DNA of 64,000 nt from an uncultured Desulfobacterales bacterium (lineage in GTDB: Bacteria > Desulfobacterota > Desulfobacteria > Desulfobacterales > B30-G6). Where the stretch lies: assembly GCA_964452555.1 (NCBI GenBank), contig CAYVMI010000018.1, positions 32,329 through 96,328 on the forward strand, given 5' to 3'. The notes beneath the pieces were generated by a model, which worked only from the letters and a program-made list of their open reading frames with translations, did no database searches and had not been told where the DNA came from. This document shows positions 57,566-64,000 of the stretch, one piece after another. Position numbers and translations under genes: made by a program. Within the stretch, counting starts at the first letter, position 1; each line of letters starts with the position of its first letter.

Positions 57566-58384
57566 ATGCCAAAGGAAAATCGACCAATAGTTTATGAAGA
57601 AAAAAACCAGGTCGCTTTTATACGCTTCAACCGGCCGAAAAAAAAGAATGCCATTAACACCGAGTGCTGGCAACTTCTTGATACCCATCTCAAAAAGATT
57701 GCTTCGCGACCGGATATACGCGCTTTGGTTATCACGGGCGCCAAGACGGGTATTTTCTCGGCAGGCGTCGATGTGAATCCTACGGACGCCTTGATAGACA
57801 GGCTCTTTACGGCCCTGCAAGGGAAAGACCGTCAAACCATTTTAGACGGTATTGCTTATATGCAGGGCATTCTCTCCGGCTTGGCAGATCTGCCCTTCCC
57901 AACCGTCGCTGCTATTAACGGAATCTGTTACAGTGGGGGTCTCGAACTGGCCCTGGCCTGTGATATCCGCATTGCCAGCCAAGATGCCGAGCTCTGTTTC
58001 CAGGAAACACGGTTGGGACTCATTCCGGATCTGGGCGGTACTGTCCGTCTGGCACGATTGGTGGGCCCGTCCAGGGCTAAAGAGCTTATTTTTTCAGCAC
58101 GGAAATTTGATCCGGCCCAGGCCCTGGCCCTGGGCCTTGTGAATTGCGTATTCCCTTCCGAGAATTTCATGCCCCAAATTCTGCAATATGTTGCCGATTT
58201 GACAGCGAACAGCCCGCGTGCCATTGAGGCCGTTAAGCGGATCATTACAGAGAGTATAGACCTGCCTGTGGACGTGGCCCTCAAACTGGAACGCGAACAA
58301 GCGGCCGACACGATTCTGAGCGGCCAGTGTATCGAAGGCATCGGTGCTTTTCTGGAAAAAAGAGCCCCCCGTTGGACATCATAG
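57566..58384 (+). CDS. Enoyl-CoA hydratase/isomerase family protein
   Basis: Start MPKENRP (AGGGAGA upstream); NRPKKKNAI ... FSAGVD ... GGLELALACD. Confidence 0.9.
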   Translation: MPKENRPIVYEEKNQVAFIRFNRPKKKNAINTECWQLLDTHLKKIASRPDIRALVITGAKTGIFSAGVDVNPTDALIDRLFTALQGKDRQTILDGIAYMQGILSGLADLPFPTVAAINGICYSGGLELALACDIRIASQDAELCFQETRLGLIPDLGGTVRLARLVGPSRAKELIFSARKFDPAQALALGLVNCVFPSENFMPQILQYVADLTANSPRAIEAVKRIITESIDLPVDVALKLEREQAADTILSGQCIEGIGAFLEKRAPRWTS

Positions 58385-58684
58385 CCCCCTTGTGATTGTC
58401 AGCAACCACCATTCTTGTCGTTAGCTTATGATTGGAGTTAAGTGAAACGTCCTGTCTTAAAAATCAGGGCAACTTGCACCCAATGAAGTTATCCCTAGAT
58501 TGAGTCTCAAATTCATTCGCGCCAGTTATAACGCGCCTCAAATGGCGCAGTTTTATGCGGAAGTTTATAGATGGGTGTTAGGCTTGACAGCCATGGTTTT
58601 CGTTCACAGATTATGCCACAGGGTGGTATCACCAAAATGGAAATTTAAAAGACACACCCCCTTTTTTAAAAGGAGTTTAAGCCA

Positions 58685-58858
58685 ATGACAACCCGAATAG
58701 ATCATACCAATAAATGCTGTAGCCTTGAAAAACAGCGATTGATGGAAGAATTGCGCAAATGCGACCTGTGCTCCACGAGTTATGCAGAATTTCAGCGTTG
58801 TTATAGTGAAACGGCCCGTGAGAGTGGCAGGCGTGCGCGGGCCTGCATGAATTCCTGA
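58685..58858 (+). CDS. Candidate 57-aa cysteine-rich small protein (below the track threshold)
   Basis: Own translation MTTRIDHTNKCCSLEKQRLMEELRKCDLCSTSYAEFQRCYSETARESGRRARACMNS; AGGAG 9 nt upstream of the ATG. Confidence 0.4.
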   Translation: MTTRIDHTNKCCSLEKQRLMEELRKCDLCSTSYAEFQRCYSETARESGRRARACMNS

Positions 58859-58930
58859 CAATTCTGACCGAATAAGATCCGGGATTACCCATATAACTCA
58901 GGGGTCGGGGCGTTTTTCAATCAAATTCTT

Positions 58931-59051
58931 GTCTGGCTTGGAAATGCTATCGGCAACGGAAGCGGACACTGTCTGAATGTATTAGGCATCGTCGGATGCC
59001 TTATGCATGCGTTTGGGCGCTGAAGTCGCTGATAGCATTTCCAAGCCAGAC
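58931..59051. repeat. Perfect 21-bp inverted repeat with 79-nt spacer containing an inner 7-bp hairpin
   Basis: gtctggcttggaaatgctatc (58931..58951) / gatagcatttccaagccagac (59031..59051); inner aggcatc-gtcg-gatgcct 58984..59001. Confidence 0.9.
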
Positions 59052-59204
59052 ATAAAAAAACTCCCCGAGGGCTCATATAACTATCTCTCAAAATCTCCCC
59101 CGGCGCATGGTTTGAATCCGGGGAAATTGCTCTTTCCGTCCTTCGATGACCACGACAACTTGTCGTATTTTTCAATAAAAAAACTCATATTAAAAGGATA
59201 TGAT

Positions 59205-60836
59205 ATGTATCAAATCAATATTTCTTCATCGACCCTGGGCAATGAACCCATAAAAGCCTATCGGCCGGGTTCCGAAGAGAGGGTTAAACTAAAATCGGAA
59301 CTGGAGAAGCAATATAACCAAACCATTGAAATTCCGCTGATCATTGGTGGGAAACAGATCTTTAGCGGCCGAACAGCAGAGGTGGTATGTCCGCACGATC
59401 ATCAGCACGTGCTGGCTGTCTATCATCAAGCAGGTCCCAAAGAAGCCAACATGGCCATTGATGCCGCCTTGGAAGCCAAAAAACAATGGGCCGCAAAAGA
59501 GTGGTCCCAGCGAGCCGATATATTTCTAAAGATGGCCGATCTGATATCATCGGATTACGGCCGGGTGCTTAATGCGGCTACGATGTTGGGCCAATCTAAA
59601 TCGATTCATCAAGCTGAAATTGAGGCCACAGGTGAGTTGGCGGATTTTATGCGCTTCAATTTATCGTCCGCCGATGATATCTATTCCAAACAGCCGCTGA
59701 TGGCGCCGAATGTCTTGAATCGTATCAATTATCGACCCCTGGAAGGATTTATTTTTGCCATATCACCGTTCAACTTCACCGCTATTGCCGGCAATCTACC
59801 TTGCGCCCCTGCCATCATGGGTAACACCGTGGTCTGGAAACCCTCATCCGGATCCGTTTTGTCCAACTATTATCTGATGCAGTTGTTCGCAGATGCAGGC
59901 TTACCGGATGGCGTAATAAACTTTATTCCCGGTTCCGGCACCTTAATTTCCGAAGTCGTCCTGGACCACCCAGAGCTGGCTGGGGTTCATTTCACAGGAT
60001 CGGCCGAGGTATTTCAATCCATCTGGCAGGAAACGGCGCTGAGGATCGGTCGTTATAAAAACTACCCCAGAATTGTGGGCGAGACCGGCGGCAAGGACTA
60101 TGTCTTTATGCATCATTCGGCCGATATTGATGAGACGGCGACCGCCGTCATTCGGGCTGGGTACGAATACCAGGGTCAAAAATGTTCTGCCTGCTCCCGT
60201 GTTTACGTACCCCGTAGCCGATGGCCTGCCTTAAAGTCGAAGCTGCTGGCCTTGATACAAACCATCAGCATGGGTGATGTAATGGATTTTTCCAACTTCA
60301 TGAACGCAATTATCGACCAAAAATCTTTTACTAAAATTATGGGCTATATCGAAAAGGTGCATACATCTCCTGATGCCGAAATCATTGCCGGCGGTCGTGG
60401 CGATGACAGTAAAGGCTATTTTATCGAGCCAACCTTGATTCAGGCCTTTGATCCCCACTTTATAACCATGGAGGAGGAAATATTCGGGCCGGTTGTAACG
60501 ATTTTTGTCTACGAGGATGATCAATATCACGCCACCCTCGAATTGTGTGATAAAACCTCACCCTACGGTTTGACCGGCGCCATATTTGCGAAAGATCGAG
60601 CCGCAATTTCACAGGCGGAAGAAATATTGCGTCACAGTGCGGGCAACTTCTACATTAACGATAAGCCCTCCGGAGCCCTGGTGGGTCAACAGCCATTTGG
60701 CGGCTCCAGGGCCTCCGGCACCAATGACAAAGCCGGCAGTTATCTGAATTTGGTTCGTTGGATTACGGCGCAGTCCATAAAGGAAAACTTTGCCCCTCCC
60801 AGGGATTATCGCTATCCTTTCATGCTGGAAGCCTAG
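59205..60836 (+). CDS. pruA: L-glutamate gamma-semialdehyde (1-pyrroline-5-carboxylate) dehydrogenase
   Basis: Start MYQINISS (AAGGA upstream); ALDH motifs ...VGETGGKD... and ...YEYQGQKCSACSR... Confidence 0.9.
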   Translation: MYQINISSSTLGNEPIKAYRPGSEERVKLKSELEKQYNQTIEIPLIIGGKQIFSGRTAEVVCPHDHQHVLAVYHQAGPKEANMAIDAALEAKKQWAAKEWSQRADIFLKMADLISSDYGRVLNAATMLGQSKSIHQAEIEATGELADFMRFNLSSADDIYSKQPLMAPNVLNRINYRPLEGFIFAISPFNFTAIAGNLPCAPAIMGNTVVWKPSSGSVLSNYYLMQLFADAGLPDGVINFIPGSGTLISEVVLDHPELAGVHFTGSAEVFQSIWQETALRIGRYKNYPRIVGETGGKDYVFMHHSADIDETATAVIRAGYEYQGQKCSACSRVYVPRSRWPALKSKLLALIQTISMGDVMDFSNFMNAIIDQKSFTKIMGYIEKVHTSPDAEIIAGGRGDDSKGYFIEPTLIQAFDPHFITMEEEIFGPVVTIFVYEDDQYHATLELCDKTSPYGLTGAIFAKDRAAISQAEEILRHSAGNFYINDKPSGALVGQQPFGGSRASGTNDKAGSYLNLVRWITAQSIKENFAPPRDYRYPFMLEA

Positions 60837-60849
60837 CGGTGTCCGGTAT

Positions 60850-60880
60850 GCAAAAAGGAAAGGGGAGATACCTCCCCTTC
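60850..60880 (-). terminator. Rho-independent terminator of sodB
   Basis: aaggggag-atac-ctcccctt; on the minus strand followed by tcctttttg. Confidence 0.6.
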
Positions 60881-60964
60881 CTTCCGGCTCTATTGCCTGC
60901 ATGGGAATTACGCCACAGGTTTTTTATAAAAAACAGAGCGCAAATCTATCCGCGGCGAGCCCCA

Positions 60965-61567
60965 TCAGCTCACGAATTTTAAGTTCTGGTTGACCACATC
61001 CCAGTTGATAACGTTAAAAAATGCCTCGATATACTCTGGTCTGCGGTTCTGATATTTCAGGTAATACGCATGTTCCCAAACATCCAGTCCCAGAATGGGC
61101 TTTTTATCCTGAGACAGCGGATTATCCTGGTTGGGGGTCGTGATAATTTCGAGTTTGCCTTGATCCCATACCAACCAGGTCCAGCCGCTGCCGAATAGCA
61201 GCGTGGCGGAATTGGAAAACGATTCTTTGAACGTGTCGAAGCTTCCGAAGCTTGAATTGATGGCATCAGCGATCTCACCGCCGAAACTCACATTTTTTTT
61301 GAGCGTCGGCCAAAAAAACAAATGATTGGCATGGCCGCCCCCATGATTTCTGACTGCAGTTCTGATGGCCTCCGGAATTTGATCCAGATTTTCAAGCAGT
61401 TTCCCCGGGGGCATTTCCCTCAATGAATCCTGGCCCTCGAGGGCCGCGTTTAATTTATCCACATAGGTTTGATGGTGTTTTCCATGATGGATTCGCATGG
61501 TTTGTTCGTCAATATAAGGTTCCAATGCATCATAGGCATAGGGTAATGGTTCTAATGTATGTGTCAT
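60965..61567 (-). CDS. sodB: Fe/Mn superoxide dismutase
   Basis: Start [17 protein letters not shown] (AGGAGGTG upstream); HHGKHH ... DVWEHAYY. Confidence 0.95.
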   Translation of the reverse strand: MTHTLEPLPYAYDALEPYIDEQTMRIHHGKHHQTYVDKLNAALEGQDSLREMPPGKLLENLDQIPEAIRTAVRNHGGGHANHLFFWPTLKKNVSFGGEIADAINSSFGSFDTFKESFSNSATLLFGSGWTWLVWDQGKLEIITTPNQDNPLSQDKKPILGLDVWEHAYYLKYQNRRPEYIEAFFNVINWDVVNQNLKFVS

Positions 61568-61769
61568 ATTCGCACCTCCTACTTCCTCGGAGTTCTGTAT
61601 AGTATAAAAGCACCCGACCATTCGGCAGTTTTTTTGCCTTATTTGCAGCCAGGTGTCCTCTTGGGATCTGGTTTCAGCGGGTATTTTCACCCGATCCTAA
61701 AATTTAACCATTCGTTTGCCTGAGGCAAGTATCTGCCATTTTTTAGTGGTTCTAAACTTGGCAGGTCCG

Positions 61770-61802
61770 CTTCTCGACCACTTCTCGACCACTTCTCGAC
61801 CA
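61770..61802. repeat. Tandem 11-mer (cttctcgacca)x3
   Basis: Counted directly, about 200 bp upstream of the sodB start. Confidence 0.9.
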
Positions 61803-62442
61803 CATCCTGTGTAAATGCGGTTTCAAGCGACCATGTCCGCAACGGTTATGGGAGCGACCGATCTTGTGTTCAACACCGCCACGAATTTTTATCGACCGCC
61901 GCAGAAACATTAAGCCGCGCGGCCAGGCCACAAGCACCGTTCCGATTGGGAATGCATGCAGGTCAGTAGCGGCTTTTTTGGAGAAAAAAACAGCGGTGGG
62001 TATTACGTCAGGCTGCCCACCTTAAGATTTTAGGCTGTATAATTAGTGTGTTAGAAAGCTTACAAGCTACAACTTCCTGCGTCTGTTAACCGTTGTCAGG
62101 ACACCAAAGAAAACCCAAAATGGCGGCTCCACCCGATTTTTTTGACGGCTTTGGTTGTCATGATACAAAACTTTAGCATTGAATAAGGTGTTGACGCACA
62201 AACTGCAGTTTGGCATATTCGATCTTTAAATTTATCTCCCATCTTTCAATTTCCTAATAATCTGTAATGACGGCAACGGCGGCGGCGATGTTTCAGTTGA
62301 TTTTCAGCCTAATTCATATGTTCTTTTCGAGCATCATTCAGAAACATCATTTTGCTTCGATCATTAACAAAATAACAAATGATACGGTTATCAGCTAGGT
62401 TTGGCGGGGTACTGTTAACGTACAATTCGATGAGAGGAAATA

Positions 62443-64000
62443 ATGAAACGGCAACTCACACTGACTCTGATCCTTGGCTTCCTTGCAGCAACAACCTTTA
62501 TTACGAATGCGCTTGCATCAACAAAAACAGATAGGGAACTGGCCTATGGCGCACAATTAGGAACGGTTCAGATGCCCTTTATGGAAAATAAGGGTCAATA
62601 CCCGGACGGCATCATTTTTCACGCAGACACGCCCATCGGCAAAATATATGTTACCGACAAAGGGGAGTTGAATTACCTGATCCCCAAGCCCCTGGCCGGC
62701 GTCTCAGCAAGGGCCAACCTTGCGGAAATCATGGTGGGGGCCAACCCCATCATCCCCCGGGGGGTTAAATCCACGCACAGCAGAGTCAATATTCTCAGGG
62801 GCAACAACCCGGCCTTGTGGCGTAAGAATATCCCGGCCTACGGGACAGTTACCCTGGGCGAGGCATATGAAGGAATTACCATTACCCTTAAGGCCTATCG
62901 CAATAATATTGAAAAACTCTTTCATATCAAGGCCGGCGCCGATCCGTCGGCCATACGGATTCAGGTCAAAGGATCGGATGGACTCAAAGTCCTGGCCGAT
63001 GGCCAATTGGCCATTGGAACCTCCCCGGGCGTCGTCCACATGACCCGACCGATCGCCTTCCAGCAAATCAACGGGGAGAAACATATGGTTCAGGCTTCCT
63101 ACCGGGTGACGGGAGACACCTATGGTTTTGATCTCGGAGCCTATGATACCGGCCATCCTCTGATCATCGATCCGATGTTTGCCACCTATTTGGGCGGCAG
63201 TGGTCTGGAGAACGGGTATGGGCTGAAAACCAATGTCATCACCGGTGATGACGGCTCACAATTGTATATCTATGTAACGGGGAATACCACTTCCAGGAAT
63301 GATTTCCCCGGGCTTGAAGGCGGCGCCCAGTCTGATCCGGGCTGGGGCGGCCAGGATGCTTTCGTTGCCCGCCTGGACCAGGACCTAAAAGTACTTGATA
63401 CCACTTATATCGGCGGCATAGGTGAGGATACGGGCTGGGATCTGTGCATCAGCCCCGAGACGGACGATGTTTATGTTGTCGGCGCAACTGATTCCAACGA
63501 TTTTCCCGGGGCATACTCGGGCTCCCGCGGAGGGGAAACCGACGGTTTTATCGTCCGTTTGAGCGCCGATCTGTCCACCATCCTGGCATCACGCTACCTC
63601 GGCGGCAGCGCTTATGATCTTGCCGTAAGCCTGGACCTCGATCTGCGTGAGGAACCCGACACGACCCCTGATTCCCTCTATGTGGTCGGCCGTACCATGT
63701 CTTCGGATTTTCCTGTTTCCGCTTCCGCAGCCCAGACCACCCACGGACCGAATTACTCCCTGAGCGACGGATTTATTACCCGATTGAACGTGGAGACCCT
63801 GACCCGTTACCAGTCCAGTTTCCTGGGTGGCTGTAGTACGGATCATGCCCACGGCGTCGAGATCCACGACACTACTCATGAAGTTTACGTGGTGGGCCAA
63901 ACCGCCTACAATGGGAGGGAAGGCATCTGGGTAGGGTGCTTCCCTTGGCTTGAACCCAACGATTTCGGCGGCCAGATCGATACCTATGTGGTCCGCATGG
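62443..64000 (+). CDS. Secreted SBBP beta-propeller-repeat protein; N-terminal 519 codons, continues past window end
   Basis: Absent from the track (no stop in window). Own translation: MKRQLTLTLILGFLAATTFITNALA signal, then repeated ...DAFVARLD...YIGG...D.G.....D..VYVVG.T.S.DFP... units; GAGAGGA SD. Confidence 0.8.
   Translation, partial: MKRQLTLTLILGFLAATTFITNALASTKTDRELAYGAQLGTVQMPFMENKGQYPDGIIFHADTPIGKIYVTDKGELNYLIPKPLAGVSARANLAEIMVGANPIIPRGVKSTHSRVNILRGNNPALWRKNIPAYGTVTLGEAYEGITITLKAYRNNIEKLFHIKAGADPSAIRIQVKGSDGLKVLADGQLAIGTSPGVVHMTRPIAFQQINGEKHMVQASYRVTGDTYGFDLGAYDTGHPLIIDPMFATYLGGSGLENGYGLKTNVITGDDGSQLYIYVTGNTTSRNDFPGLEGGAQSDPGWGGQDAFVARLDQDLKVLDTTYIGGIGEDTGWDLCISPETDDVYVVGATDSNDFPGAYSGSRGGETDGFIVRLSADLSTILASRYLGGSAYDLAVSLDLDLREEPDTTPDSLYVVGRTMSSDFPVSASAAQTTHGPNYSLSDGFITRLNVETLTRYQSSFLGGCSTDHAHGVEIHDTTHEVYVVGQTAYNGREGIWVGCFPWLEPNDFGGQIDTYVVRM

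Noticed and set aside
58932-58946. Sigma54-like TGGC...TGC element (tggcttggaaatgct)
   Set aside because: The GG-to-GC spacing is one nt short of the TGGCAC-N5-TTGC geometry, and the sequence is part of the 21-bp inverted repeat.
60929-60944. GTTTTTTATAAAAAAC palindrome as the pruA terminator
   Set aside because: An all-AT stem would be too weak to terminate transcription. It is noted only as a palindrome between the convergent pruA and sodB genes.

Overview
64-kb chromosomal window (about 50% GC). By inference it comes from a Desulfobacterales-type anaerobe, based on Sec-containing HdrA/MvhD/FdhA, MetVF and an EtfAB-membrane FeS oxidoreductase module. All calls rest on my own reading of motifs in the ORF track and the raw sequence; no searches were run.

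Content, left to right:
(1) A minus-strand type IV pilus/T2SS-like operon (four prepilin-type pilins, GspF/PilC, an MshE/GspE-type ATPase). It is translationally coupled to STAS, HD-GYP, CheY-like and histidine-kinase genes, with a divergent GGDEF cyclase.
(2) pepA and a vapBC module.
(3) A beta-oxidation electron-transfer module: TetR - acyl-CoA dehydrogenase - membrane FeS oxidoreductase - etfBA.
(4) Class I lysyl-tRNA synthetase.
(5) A Wood-Ljungdahl methyl-branch redox cluster: HdrL-like giant HdrA fusion, MvhD, HdrD-like CCG protein, MetV and MetF, convergent with fdhA. Four genes here are split in the ORF track by in-frame TGA codons that I read as selenocysteine.
(6) Housekeeping and accessory genes: hybrid kinase, UxaA-like, NifS-like, GrpB, PIN/RHH, MDR dehydrogenases, C45-like hydrolase, MBL hydrolase, methyltransferase, VanZ, thrS, rnd, molybdopterin oxidoreductase, msrAB, DUF481 OMP, qor, URO-D family, enoyl-CoA hydratase, pruA, sodB, and a secreted SBBP beta-propeller protein running off the 3' end.

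The structure least explained by genes is in the intergenic spacers:
- About 13 spacers are built from low-complexity word tiles arranged as inverted arms.
- A dual-hairpin REP-like element occurs in four copies.
- A roughly 113-nt rod-like structured repeat directly flanks the etfBA-FeS oxidoreductase block.
- Twin PurR-box-like palindromes sit upstream of the Hdr/Met operon.

No transposase, integrase, CRISPR array, rRNA or tRNA was seen.
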